Source: a virus (taxonomy: Duplodnaviria; Caudoviricetes). Taken from it: 64,000 nucleotides of DNA. The notes under the pieces are model-generated. The model saw nothing but the letters and a program-made list of their open reading frames with translations, made no database searches and had not been told where the DNA came from. The DNA lies in IMG/VR virus record IMGVR_UViG_3300042507_004106; one strand, 5' to 3'. The position numbers and the translations under genes are program-made. Shown one piece after another: positions 20,801 to 32,700 of this stretch (position 1 is the first letter of the stretch; every line of letters begins with the position of its first letter).

Positions 20801-22138
20801 TAAATTGCAAGAATATACTCTTGCATCTCCAATTTTTACTCCAGTTCCAGATATTGTAGATTGCTTTCTATTGTTATAAAGTTCAACAGATTCCTTTAAT
20901 TTTGGTGCACCAGTGATATTGTTAATTATAACCAAATTACCCATTTCAAATGGAATGTTCACATCAGAAATAGTTTGAGTAGTTCTTGGTTTAGGAACGT
21001 CTACAACTTCTATTCCTGTCTTTTCAATATCATATCCTCTAACATATGCCTTTCCGGGAGAAAACTTAATACACATTAAGTCATCTGATGGAGTATTTCC
21101 TTGTTCTGTCTTTTCATCACTGAAATATACACCATCATTACCAAGTCTATTATTCAGAGAATTATTTAAAGAAAATTCAAAAGGATCAACTACATAGTCT
21201 CCAGATTCATCATAAGTTCTCTGTGCAAGATAATCTCTTATAACCGAATATTGGGACTTAGTTTCAATCTTCTTTATATTTCCATCTTGAACTCTTAAAA
21301 GTTCTATAAAGTTTGTATCAGATGCAATATCAGTTAAAAGTTTCTTTTGTAGTACTAGAGATATTTTAAATCTATCTGCTCCAGGTGCAGCATAATTTGT
21401 AAATCCCTTAGCGTTATCATACAGGGATGGATCATCTTTTGCAGTAATGATCTCTTCATTAACTATTAATCCAACTCTATAAGATGGAGTATTGGCATAA
21501 TAATCCAATACAATTGTCTGTTTAGGAACTCTTACAAAAGTTCCCCTAACAAAATAGATACCTTCACCAATAGATGCGGCAGATCCAGTTGCCGTTGCAC
21601 CATTTGTAATTGTTGTTGCGAAGGTGGTTCCTGCAGTTATAACGTTTCCGTTATATTCTACGTTTTCGGATGCGGTTAAAGACTCACCATTTTGAAATTG
21701 GCTAAAAGTAAAATCGTTATTAGAATCTTGATATTTTACATACAGCGTAGTATATTCTACTTCTGAATTAGGAAGTTGGACTAATTGTATTGTAGCAGTT
21801 ACGCCAGAAATACTTCCCGTAATTTTTTTACCTACAAAATTATTAATATAGTCTGAAATATTAACACCAAATGCCGTTGGATTCAATTTAACAGCATAAA
21901 ACTGCCCATCGTAAACTATATTTCCAGGGATCACCATTGACCCCTCTTTAAAGATATGACTTCCGAAAGATTCTATTTGATCCTGGAGTATTGATTGTAA
22001 AGTGTTTAATTCCCTTACCTGTACAGGTCTTCCAGGATTAAACAAAACTTTATAATAATTCTTGTCTTTAGCACCAATATTGGGCTCATTAAAATCATCA
22101 TAATAAGGACTTACATTAAGATTAGTTTTTTGAGCCAT
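14846..22138 (-). CDS. large virion structural protein (DUF4815 / VrlC-like)
   Basis: 2430 aa; N-terminus TNLNVSPYYDDF..YKVLFNPGRPVQVRELNTLQSILQ, NYAAPGADRFKI, DPLAQSF, QYQDLKFKLY. Confidence 0.9.
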   Translation of the reverse strand: MAQKTNLNVSPYYDDFNEPNIGAKDKNYYKVLFNPGRPVQVRELNTLQSILQDQIESFGSHIFKEGSMVIPGNIVYDGQFYAVKLNPTAFGVNISDYINNFVGKKITGSISGVTATIQLVQLPNSEVEYTTLYVKYQDSNNDFTFSQFQNGESLTASENVEYNGNVITAGTTFATTITNGATATGSAASIGEGIYFVRGTFVRVPKQTIVLDYYANTPSYRVGLIVNEEIITAKDDPSLYDNAKGFTNYAAPGADRFKISLVLQKKLLTDIASDTNFIELLRVQDGNIKKIETKSQYSVIRDYLAQRTYDESGDYVVDPFEFSLNNSLNNRLGNDGVYFSDEKTEQGNTPSDDLMCIKFSPGKAYVRGYDIEKTGIEVVDVPKPRTTQTISDVNIPFEMGNLVIINNITGAPKLKESVELYNNRKQSTISGTGVKIGDARVYSCNLTDAAYSGSSTNWDLYLYDIQTYTQLVLNQGVSAVQLPATSIIKGKSSGASGYATAAGSGSDTISIRQTSGSFIVGEQILINGLELYPRSIKSIKTYSSSDIKSVFQSTSVSGFSTAFVADTQLDKAPAFGFSPTDTITIESNGSVSAAGKIFSGISSDAIIRYQRVGFNTETYNRVQSVSADGTRMTLVGISSVSGICDGGLPISQTTTTFSIGAPKIRNEDKGYLYAQLPNSNISSTNLSDSLLTFTAQSNSVLTPSSNTLTVDTGNFDLGITSSIARFQPFDEERYSIHYSDGTTESLTPDKVTLSNNQVTFSNIENKDIAAINATFIKNGVQSKLKQFTRSKTINVVYSKYPESGTGISTSINDGLDYNQFYGLRVQDEEISLNYPDVVKVIAVYESLNTSTPTLDTVTFSSISNVDTNAIIGENITGESSKAIARIVSKPSANTLGIVYLNTNRFVEGENIKFEESNINTQLQSITAGSYKNITSKFTLDKGQKEQYYDYSKLIRNAGESAPTKKMLVVFDYYEVPTGDTGDVFTVNSYDAARYGSDIPTIGANNLRASDTLDFRPRVSPFTSATSSPFDFASRSFGTDPKLILSPNEGALVGYSFYLGRIDKLYLDKLGNFIVLQGTPSIDPKAPSKSDDVMEIATIALPPYLYNPKDASVSLVDNRRYTMRDIGLIENRVENLERVTSLSLLELNTQTLQIQDAQGFNRFKTGFFVDDFKNSDLINVAASSIEVDSVNSELIPQISRNSINLLPVSAEAFTNETLDLSTNFTLYDPNVQKTNDVITLKYNSIGWIEQPLATRVENVNPFHVVSYSGTVKLNPSSDSWVRTIRLGDVTINQTNLLWLSSVERRRRRVRGPRRGRAGTTIDTETTTNIESSTNIEDILVSSGTELFMRSRNTAFDAVNLKPLTRVYQFLDGNSQVDFVPKLIEIATNSSLQNYGASKAFSVGETVTGWISSASGLYSPLIQFRVAAPNHKQGPFSSPSTTYNINPYVKSENIPSTYSATSKILNVDIDSLCQEAQGLYSGYITTGMKLVGQTSGAVAYVKDIRLISDNYGDLQGAFFLRDPNTNPTPPVRIATGSKVYKLTSSSTNQIPLPGSNLISSAETVYRAEGIWESRQRIITTTDTITNITRQLITTRTFIDPLAQSFSVGGSIEDTNGNSPNDDSNGAYLTAVDIYFANKDQNNSPLTVEVRTVELGTPTRTVIGNPVTLKPEQIETSSDATVATKVTFDYPIYLSPGLEYAIVLLAPQSDQYEVWIAEMGERTVNTATLPDAESVRYTRQFAIGSLFKSQNGSIWTANQYQDLKFKLYKADFVATSGSVLFHNPTLNESNGYVPTLQNNPITTLPKRFAIGITTTTDSNMIGILTTGRKIGEVVKPYNYGYIVGTGSSVATVGITTGGSNYTTTSNVGTYAISGSGSGLRLNITATNGVITAVTPTTARGNGYSVGDVVGITTSDVSPASGNNARITITGITGLDTLYISNVQGQSFTTVGVSTLVYYDNSNTAISAAGTSILSSTAVGGIYNGNFMKVNHFDHGMYAANNKLTLYNVESDVAPTTLSATLESTGTSVSVASTSNFTTFEGVIVSATNPGYIKIENEIIRYESIGVGQLLTITRGVDSTLILDHPSGSTVYKYEVSGVSLRRINKTHDISDVGNDIDSYYIEFDRSNFDSNVTDRSSDASLDSTPQLSFSAEYSGGGSLVQATENIQYDNIIPVIATLVPGASTEVSAQIRSVSGTSVDGSEISFQDQGYEDVEIGVENKLSSTRIICSNVNEQTYLGGLLRNKSFTAKINLSTSDNNLSPMIFWKNCFAQLLSSRLNSPVSNYIVDNRVNSFLDDPHAAVYVSNTVRLSQPATSLKVIIGAYRHASADFRVLYSLIRPDSSEVEQSFELFPGYNNLTIDANQDGYPDVINPANNSGLPDTFVPSSLENQFLEYDFTANNLGEFTGYTIKIVMSGTNQAYAPRFKDLRSIAIR

Positions 22139-22141
22139 TTT

Positions 22142-23701
22142 TTAAAATTCCAGGATAATTTTAACGTCTTCTTTTTGTCTAGAACTTCTTGTTACAGTGG
22201 GTCTATTATCAATATAAATTATGTCCCCTGACTTATTATTTATCTCAGGATTGGAAAGACCGTTTGTAAATTGAACTCCAAGATTTATAATTTTGTTTGA
22301 AATTGTTGTGGTAATTCCCGAGAAAGAACTATCAACAGATGCATTGAACCCACCACCAACTTTAACTATCTGATTTACATTATTAAAATCTAAAACTTTT
22401 CCTGTAGTGCTTAGACCAATATAGTCTGTCTGATCAAAAGTATTTGGGTTGAAATATAGTGAGCGATCTCTATAATATTTTAAAACTTTCGTTTCCGAGT
22501 CATATGAAGCAACGTATCCAACTGCAGTTCCATTAGTTACTGCTTGTTGAATTTTATCTCCTACAGAAATAGTTCCAGTTGGAGTTCCACTTAACCTTAA
22601 TGCATAAGTTCCAGAAAACTCATTTGATGTAAAATTAGTCGTGTTTATTCCAGTAGTATCAAAAACTTTTGGATTCTTTAAGATTCCTACCTGAGCAAAT
22701 TTGCTATCAATTGGAAAATCCTTTGTCGAATCATCAAATCTAGCATAAATTAAAATTTTATCTGCACCCAGTTCTTTGTAAATATCAAATCCGTGCCCTT
22801 TTGAGGGGGGAATAACTGGGATTAGTTCTGCGTATTGTCCAGGAACTGTCGATGTTCCTAAGTCAACTAAACCATAAGTATAATTTTTTCCACCAGAAGT
22901 TACTATAGTATCAGTAATTTTTCCAGATGAATCAACTTCTACAGTGACTGTAGCGCCTGTTCCATCTCCAATAATATTACATGATTGTCCTGATTGGAGA
23001 GAATAACCAGAACCGCCAGATTGAATGTAAACCTTCTTTATTTGATTATCATTTAAACTAGAATTTCCATTTTCCCTAACCGCAACAACTTGAGGATCTG
23101 TAGAAGTATCCCAATCATTTGGAACTGTAATATACTCAATTGAGTCGAATTTTATAATATCACTTGGTGAAATAGTATAAAGATACTTCCAAACATAACC
23201 ATCTCCACTTTCTCCTGCGGGAGATGGTTCTAAATCGGTAAAGGTTGGTTCATCTTGGGATGCATTTCCAGTTGTATTAATTCCAGATGATCCATTATCA
23301 ATACAAATGTAAACTCTGTAATCTGAGTTTACAACATAGTAATTAGCATCATACAATCTCATAGACCCAGTTATGGGTGATGGATTTACCACACTATAAT
23401 CTGGGCGATACATTTCGTATTTTGTACCTTCAACCCAATCTATTCTTTTTACTACTCTTCTTACGTTTGCACTAGTAATTTTTTTACCAAAAAGAATCGT
23501 TGATTCATAATGATTTAGATAATCAATATTATCAGTTGGATTTGGTGGTGTAGTATTCCAGTTGGAGTTCCTACCAAATCCAGAAGCGGTTGGATTTGAT
23601 AATCCAACAAAAACATAATATGAATTTGAAGAATCCTGAACGGAATCCACAAAACTGGATGCGTTCAGAATTCTAAACTGATCTGTTACAAGTGCAGACA
23701 T
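22142..23701 (-). CDS. gp8: baseplate wedge subunit
   Basis: 519 aa; YVVNSDYRVYICIDN, GDGYVWKYLYTI, GDIIYIDNR..TRS..QKEDVKIILEF. Confidence 0.93.
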   Translation of the reverse strand: MSALVTDQFRILNASSFVDSVQDSSNSYYVFVGLSNPTASGFGRNSNWNTTPPNPTDNIDYLNHYESTILFGKKITSANVRRVVKRIDWVEGTKYEMYRPDYSVVNPSPITGSMRLYDANYYVVNSDYRVYICIDNGSSGINTTGNASQDEPTFTDLEPSPAGESGDGYVWKYLYTISPSDIIKFDSIEYITVPNDWDTSTDPQVVAVRENGNSSLNDNQIKKVYIQSGGSGYSLQSGQSCNIIGDGTGATVTVEVDSSGKITDTIVTSGGKNYTYGLVDLGTSTVPGQYAELIPVIPPSKGHGFDIYKELGADKILIYARFDDSTKDFPIDSKFAQVGILKNPKVFDTTGINTTNFTSNEFSGTYALRLSGTPTGTISVGDKIQQAVTNGTAVGYVASYDSETKVLKYYRDRSLYFNPNTFDQTDYIGLSTTGKVLDFNNVNQIVKVGGGFNASVDSSFSGITTTISNKIINLGVQFTNGLSNPEINNKSGDIIYIDNRPTVTRSSRQKEDVKIILEF

Positions 23702-23720
23702 TTGAATATAGTTTTTTCTA

Positions 23721-23728
23721 TATTTATA
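23721..23728 (-). promoter_or_regulatory. T4-type late promoter TATAAATA
   Basis: Plus strand TATTTATA about 20 nt upstream of the gp8 start. Confidence 0.8.
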
Positions 23729-23733
23729 TTAGG

Positions 23734-26700
23734 TTACAAAGTCTTTTCAATTGGACCAATATTTCTAAGACCATAACCTCTTCTTTGGATAGTTGGGAAT
23801 GTTGATAATCCAGAGTCAACTCTATAAGAGGAAACAGTCAGAGATATTGGTGAAGAAGATCTAGAGAATCCAGATAACTTACCCCAGGAGAATTTACCAA
23901 CAGATGGTCCTGTTGTTGCGATTCCAACTAAGGTTGATGTAGATGCAACGTTGCAAGTAATAATTCCAACAGAAGAGTTAAATGCGCTAATATGGTAAAC
24001 ATTATCTAAGAAAGATGTTCCAACACCAACTACATTAGAGTCATTATTAATGATCGATGTTACTCCCTGACCAACAAATGTATTAAAGATGTAGATTGGT
24101 TGCCCAGTTGAAAGATTTGTAAATGGTGATAATGTAGGATCTAAAGTAAACTTAATCGCCAAATCCGTTCCAATTCCAGAAGTAGTTTGAATTCCGGTAA
24201 TATCTCCAGAGAATCCTTGAACAGTAGTTATATTAGATACATTTTCATATACGGGATCTGATAATGGAACTAAAACTTGAGGAATAATAGTTGTGGTATA
24301 TCCAAAACCAGGATTTGTAATTGATACTGTTGAAAGAGATCCATTTACTATGCTTATAGATGCAGTTGCAGTGATTCCAACCCCAACATTAACTGATGGT
24401 GGTGCAGAAATACTTACAGTTACTGCCGATCCAACGTATCCACTACCTGCATTATTAATTACCAGAGATGAGATTGTTCCTGCGGAAGAAACAATAGCGG
24501 TTACAGCGGCAGACACTGGATCTGCTGCCCCAGATACGATAAATGCATCAAATTGAATGTTTCCTGGCGACACATTTTCATAATTAAAGAACTGTGCGTC
24601 ATCAACATAAACTAAACTATCTGAAGAACTGAAATTACCAATAATCTTTGCTGTGGGATAAATTTGTGGTTCTATAGAATCTCTTGCTTTGGAGACTATT
24701 CCACCATCAATAACCTTATCAACTTTTTGCTTAGTCCAACTAATTGGTTTTTGATTTACAGTATCAATTCCCTGTAAAGTGTACAGATTCGTTTGAATCT
24801 TATCCGATGATGAAATATCAGTAATTACTCTTGTGTCTTGAGTAACGGTGGATTGTAGTAGAGAGTTATTACTATAAACTCGGACATCATCACCAATCTT
24901 TAGAGTTTCATTTACATCGCGATAAACGCTATCAGAAGAACTTCCTCTGTAGAAGAATATTGAAATGTTATCTTCTGGTTTTGGTGCTTCAGTGAATGTA
25001 AATGAAGTTCCACCTGTGAACTGATATGCAGTTTTTGGTTCCTGTAGAATTCCATTAATAAAGATAACTAATAGTGCATCAAAATCAATTAGTTGTGAAT
25101 CGGGATCTGAAGAATTCTTTTCAAAACTGAGAAGTTGGGAGTTATAGAAGAGTGGGAATCTTGTTCTAGATCCATCTTGATAATCCTTAACAGAATCAAT
25201 ATAATCTAACTCACCAAATTGCCATGCTCCAAATGAATCAGTAAATGTGTCTAAAATTGTTAATTGGAATTCAGATACTGGTGATGGTAAACCGAAGTCT
25301 GTAACTAGTCCCACTGGAGTAATTACATCACCCTTCTTAAATCCATATCCAGATCTAGAAATGCTAAATCCAGTAACTTCAAATAGAGTAGATCCAACAC
25401 CAACGGTAGAACTTGCACCAACTTCAACATTTAGAAGTAGTCCAACTCCAGTTTCAGTTGTTGTACCAATTCCTGCTCTAGAAACTCCAATTACAGGAAG
25501 ATTTTCATAATTTGGTGCGGAAATATTGATAGTTGGAGTTGTATACCCAGAACCACCACCAACAATATTAAATGCTAGAGTTCCGCCAGCACCAACTGTT
25601 GCGCTAATAGTTGCTGCAGTTCCTGTATGACCAAATTCAGTGATAGCAATAGAAACAGGGTTTCTATAACCAGATCCATAATTACCAGTTGAACCTATAC
25701 CGATAGCGACAATAGATCCACCAGCGCCAACTATTGCAGTAACCGATGCACCAACCAGAGGTGCATATCCAACACCTGGAGTTGATCCAAGTGATACAAT
25801 AACTCCACCCCTTGGGAGTTGGTTCATATTTACATCAGATTCCGAAATAATAATTGATCCGTTAGTAGATGTAATTCCAGAGAAAACAATGCTACTAATT
25901 CCAACGTTAGTATTTTCAATAATGCTATAGTTATTACTCAAGTTATTTGATGTGGTTGGTGTTTGGAAGACACCATTTATAAGCACAATACCATTTCCAC
26001 CAGTTGTACCGAATCCAACTGTGCTTATTCCTTGAGTAGATAATGTGTAAGTTTGACCTACACCTGTGAAGTTTTCTGAAATATCATCGAATAATTGATT
26101 TGTACTATAATCTTTTCTAAGGAAAACTCTTCCATTAAATGTAGACCTTGCTTCAGCAAGATTATCTACATCAGGTCCCAGTTGGTCCTCAATAATACCT
26201 TGTGGGGGACTGACGAAGAAAATTTCATTTCCAGAAATATTGAAAGATCCACGATAAACATCTACTGTAGAAGAATCTGCGTGTGTGGTTGCAGATGACC
26301 CAACAAATCCTCTTTGTACTTGTACAAGAGGTACAGATCCAGTGAATGAAATCGGTCCAGACGTGGTTGTACCAAGTCCAACACTATTTACTTTCATATA
26401 TTCATTATCAACTTTGATAATATCGTTAATATTAATGGAACTAATTCCACTCAAAGCAAAAATGCTAGAAGCAGATCCAATAGGGGAACCATTGTTTATG
26501 GTCTTACTAATCAGTGCATATGAGATTGGATATTGAATGATATTATCAAGTGAAATTATTGACTTTTCATTCTTCTTAGCCATCTCTAACTGGTGAGCAT
26601 TTCCTTCACCAAGAGAAGTAAATGTTACGCATATTCCAGCAAAAGCATATTCTCTTCTGGTTGATAATTTAAATGTATCATTATTAACCTTATATGCAAA

Positions 26701-29700
26701 AACTGTGGTTGGTAATCTATCAGTGACTACACCAACGGAATTTAAGGTAGACCCAATTCCAACTGATGTTGCACCTACACCTAAGAATGTAGATGTTGGT
26801 CTGTAGATAAGTTCTTCTCCAGTATTGAAGAAGTGATTATCAATAGAGAACTCACCAGTTGCTGCATTTAAAATTGTGGAGTCTTTTGGATCAAACTCCT
26901 TCATAAAGATTGGATATCCTTGATAGGTTAAATCAAAATTAAGTCTGTTTAGATTTTCACTATTTAATCCATAATAATTTGCAGTATGAAGAGAATTGAT
27001 TATACTTGCATACTCTAAATTATTTGGTTGATTGATTTCATCAGCAATTTTATAGAACTTCTCATTGAAAGAGAGAATTTCAAATGATCCAGAAAGATTT
27101 TGGTCTGGATAGAATACCAGACTTGCTGTTGATCCGGAAATGTTTCCACCAAAAGATCCTATTCCTGAGGTGCTTCCTACAGATAAGAATGGATATTGTA
27201 CTGTATAAGTATCAGATCCATCAGAAATCATCATTATCTGATGTAAAGCACTTGTTTCTCCAATACTTACCTTTACAACAGATTTTACTGATGTGAATAG
27301 AGTCGTATCAAGAGAAATAATTGTGGATGCTGAAGAGACAGTTGAAAAATCAGAAACATAGTTTACAGTTCTTTCAAATCCATCAATTTGCCCTGTCTTC
27401 TTAAATCTATAAGTTCCTATTCCAGATGCTGTGGTATTGAATCCAATATTCTTACTTCTAACAATAACATTATTGGAAGATGTATTTGTGTAATTGAGAG
27501 TTAGCACTCCACCCGAAATTGAAGCACCGAAGGATCCAATAAAGTTTCCAGTATATTCGCTATTGGAATCAAAGTAAAACTCAGTTAAGTTTGTATTGGT
27601 ACCATCATGATCAACATATAGTTCAACATAATTCATCTCATTGGTTATTGTGTCTAATACGTGAATATTAGAATAGAGGGTTTCAAACGATGAAATATTT
27701 TTTGAAATCAGAGAAGTTGTTATTCCTGAAGATACGTTTGCATTGGATCCAATTAGATCAACAAATCCTACAGAATATGTTCCAATTCCTGAGAAGAATG
27801 TTGAGAAATTATCAGATAGAATCTTAATCTTATAATCTGTATTATATGGATCATAAGGTGTAAATTTGAGGTTGAATTCTCCAGTCTGATCAACATATCC
27901 TTCAACATCACCAACCTTACCTTCTAAGTTGCTGATACTTGCCTTCTCTAAAGTATAAACATCTTCATCATCGTTGATAACAACCAATTCTGTAAATTGA
28001 ACCTGACTATAATCTAGGCTTGTAATCTGAACAAGATAGTTATTGTATTTGGTTGATTTGTTTATGGGAAGGATGTTAGCAAAAGTTTGAACATCACCTT
28101 CAGAGCTAGAGAATTGTGAACTAATATCATCAATTGAAAGAACACGATTAGTTCTACACTCAACATAGTCTGCTAATTTTATGTTGCTGAATTTCAAGAA
28201 TCTTGAAGTGGATCCTACAGTATCAATATCAACAACTAGGTCAATATTATTAATTGTATCCACTCTACTTTCATCGATGATATCATATAAAATTGTAGTA
28301 GATTCTGTTACATTGGTAGATCCGCTACCGACACTTTGAGTAATTGTTGTATCTGCGAAATTTTTTAATCCAATTGGGTGTAGAATACTATTAACTGGGC
28401 TAACAATATCAACCCACTCTTGATTACTTCTAACTGAGTAGGAAAGATTTTGGTAATAATCATTATCTGGAGTTACTTGACTATCTTCATCTAATTTTCC
28501 AGTATTATCAGACCAACCAATTTCTTGAGTTGATCCATAACCAACACTGAAGTTTCCAGTATTTGTTCCTACATTATCAATAGTAGCAATATTTCCCGAC
28601 TGAACTCCACGAACTACTTGTCCAGAAGCAATTTTATAACTTCCAGATACTTTAATATAATTTTGATCATCTTGGGTTACTCTTAGATCCTGTATTTCAA
28701 ATCCAGTTTCATTTCTAACAGATAATTGCTCACCAATAATGAAAGGTGAATAAGTCTGAGTAACTTCAAATTGTGGATAGTTATTAGAATTTATTATAAA
28801 GCTGGAAGAATCTTGGACGGTCTTAGCAATACCTACATTTGTAGAAAGACCCGCCAGATTATATTCTAATTTTCTTGGTAAGAGAGTTCCTGCATTTTCA
28901 TAGACACTAACAGTGAAAAATTCATATCCATAATCTTCAGAATTAAATCCATCGCCATCAGTGCCGTACTTCTGAACACCCTCTACGTAGATTTTATCTC
29001 CGACAGAGAAAGGTTCAGTTCCAAATCCACTCAGAGGAGTTACAAGATAGCAAGTAATTATTCCCGAAGAAGATCCTGTTATAGTTTGAATACCAATACC
29101 ATTGGTATTGTTGATTGCTTTAATTGTAACTGGGGTAGATGGGAGTCCTTTTGGTTCCTGTTCAATATCTACAGAGATAACAGATGTTCCTGAAAGATTT
29201 GCTACAAGGAGACCAGAATCAATTTTAGAACCAGTCTCACTATCAACAATAATTAAGTTTGGAGCACTGGTGTAATTTCTTCCATTATTGGTTATTTCAA
29301 TAGAAGAAATTGTATTTGAGTTTTTAATTGTAAGTAGGGATGGTATTGTAGCAGTTGGTCTTAAAGTTTTGTCGGACGGATACTCAAATCCTTCATTTAC
29401 AATTCTTGTTTGATTTACTTTTCCAACTGAGTCTGATTTTGCGATTACATAGGCACCCTTTCCATTAGCGGAGTCTGATCCTACAAATGATGGAATCTTT
29501 TTAAATCCTATTCCTGACGATATGGATCTAATTTTAGAAATACCACCAGAAGCAGTGCTAGAAGTAGTTCTATATTCAATAACATCACAATCTGAATAAT
29601 TATAGTTCAGATTTTCTGGTAACTGCTGAAGGGATACTACAAAGGTGGTTTCACCAACACCAGAAATATTGTATGAACCATTATAAACACTATCTACAAA

Positions 29701-32700
29701 TGCAATTTGAGAGTAATTAGTAACTTCAGTGTCTGCAGTGCTAATATAACCAGACTTTTCTAAGTTATAGAACAACTTAGAGGGAAGTTCATTGTTATAG
29801 TTTATAGTCAACGATGCTGTTGAAGATAAACCTACTGTCCCAACTCCAGAAACAGAGAAAGAATTCGTAGATCCAATAGAAACAAATTCATCTTTAAAAG
29901 TTTGATCGTAGAATACTTTAAACTTATATCCAGATAAAGAACTATCTGATAAGTCAAATACTACATTATTATTAGCAACTACATTTAATGGTGGGTTAAT
30001 TGGAGATAATTGATGAGTAGCTGCTGGAGCATTTGTTATATCAATAAAGAGTGGATCCGTAGTTGTAGCATCTACTAAAGTATCACATAACTTAATGTTA
30101 TCGTTATCAACTTTATAAACATAGTAGAATCCAGTTGTTAATCCAGTAGCAGGTGCTGTACTTGAATATATGACCTTATCACCAGTATTAAAGATATGAT
30201 TTTGTATTGTAATTTGATTTGTTACCGTATTGATTCCCGCAGAATCAAATGATACTGGATTAATTATGATTCTTTCTCTAACGGAATCATATTTTACCTT
30301 GATTGATGTTGAAGTTCCAATACCAACCGAAAGATTTGGTTTTACTTCCAAATCAACCTTGTCTCCAGATAGTAGACCATGTGAGGTAGAAATTGAAACA
30401 GTTGATTTAATGCTATCAATATCTCCTTTTATCTGCTCAAAATTAGACTGAATTGAATATTGATAATTATCATCACCATTACTTCTAAAGAATAGACCAT
30501 TTGTTGAAGTGGTTAATCCAATTTGAGTAACAATTCCAATATGATCAACAGATTTTTTAATCACATATACTACTTGCTGATCTCCAGAACTTGGGAGATT
30601 AAATGTAGCACTTGTAGATGTATTAGATACTGAGATTGGTGAAGAGGATGATAATTTTCTAAAAATTACTTGCTGATTATTTGCAAATGGATGATTGGGT
30701 AGGTAAATGGATTGTGTTGGGATTGAGGTTGGAATATTGCGGGTTCCAATTACAAAAGTGGTTGAGAATCCAACTCCAGAAGTGGTTCCTAAACCAACAG
30801 ATTGTTTGGGGTTGAAGTAATAGGTGTCATTTACTTTAGAATCAAAATAAGAAACTGATTTATTAATTGTAAATGTATTTGGTATATAATTTACCGTTGT
30901 CGTTGCAGTATGTGCAGATCCAGTAGACTCTCTCACAACTCTCAGAACACTATCTTCATTGAAGATGTTGAGAACTGATAAAGTCTCTCCTTCAATCTTT
31001 ATAGAACTTCCTATGGAAATATTGTCAGGAATTCTATTAACGTAAATATCCGTAACTACTCCAGCAACACTGTATACTGGGATATCTTTTGATAGTGAAG
31101 AAGTATAAGATGTAACTCCTATTTGAGTAAAACCATTTAATGGAGAAAGTTCTGTTGAGAAACCAGAAACTGTTACATAATCCAAGTTATTCAATGAATG
31201 ATATGGGTCAACTGTTACTTTTACTTGTGCCCCACTATCCCAAGTGAAAACAACATCATCGTAAGAAGTTACATTAGTGTTAATGTTATCAATTCTCTTA
31301 CCAGTTAACTCAGAAATTTGAGCAGAAAGTCCAGATCCTCCAGTATTGTCTTGGTTGAATTCTACAGAATCTCCAACCTTATATTCATCACCTTCATTGA
31401 TTATTTCATATGAAGTAATTGAACCAGAAGATACTGACTCCACAATTGTTAGTTGATCAATAACATCATTAGATTCAATAATGAAATCATTACCAGCAAA
31501 TTCTTCATTTACTTTGTATGGTAGTGTATTTCTAATCAGACCAGATTCATTGAAATCAAAAGTTTGATCTAGATTACTATTCTCCGAGATAAACTTAGAT
31601 CTGTACTTATTACCAATAAAATATGGGAATTGTCCAACAACATCTCCGTAGATATCCTCTTCAGAAGTAGCAAAGTATGCATAAACACCATTTGGAAACT
31701 CTGGGGTTACACAATATCTTCCATTATATTCATCAAGATCTCCAGTATTAGTAAATACATAGTCTTCTACGAAGAATCCAGGATCAAAACCATTTGGTCT
31801 ATTTTGAACATTTGTTGTGTTCAAAGAATATCCAGATATTAATCTCTTAATTTCTGAGTTATCATCACTAGCATTAGAATATCCATAAGAACCATAAATT
31901 GGGTTTCCATCATATGCCCATCCAATAATTGGTGAGTGTTGAACTCCACTATCCGCAAATTCATCTTGAATCTTTTGTGAATATCCAGATACCGTATACT
32001 GTAAATTATTCAGTGATGAAATAAGGATATCATCAGCAAGTTCTCTTATATCATCTTCTTGTCCATATAAAACATTCTTATTAACAGTTAATGATCTTAC
32101 TTGTGCATTTAAAACTTCATTTCTTCCAGATGATTCAACAACAAGTGTAGTATTGGATGCACCATATCCCGTACCTGGATTTATGATAACAACATCTACA
32201 AGTTTATTATTAACAATGACTGGTTTAATAGTAGCACCAGTACCACTACCATAGATCTTAATTTCTGGTGTGGAATAATATTCTGACCCACTATATTGGA
32301 CATTAACATCTTCGATGCGTCCATTTACAACAACAGGTTTTAACTGAGCGTTTTTACCATTCTTAATAAGAATTTTTGGTTTCTTGTGTAGATTTAAAAT
32401 ATTTGATCCATAATCAGATCCATTTTCATAAACATAAACGTCAACGATACTACCCTTTACAATTGGAGTAGATACAATTTGACCAACGAATTGTGTGCTT
32501 CCAATACCAGCAGTGCTGTATTGAACCGATAGGGAAATTTCTGGATAACTGAAAATTTGATAACCCGATCCAGTGCTTTCAAACTTTACGTAATTCTTTC
32601 TCAAGTAGTTTGACGTGTTTGTTCCTGCTACTCCAGCATTTGCAATTTTAAAAGTATCATTATCTACTTTGAGAATGTAGTATTGATTTGATGTAGATAC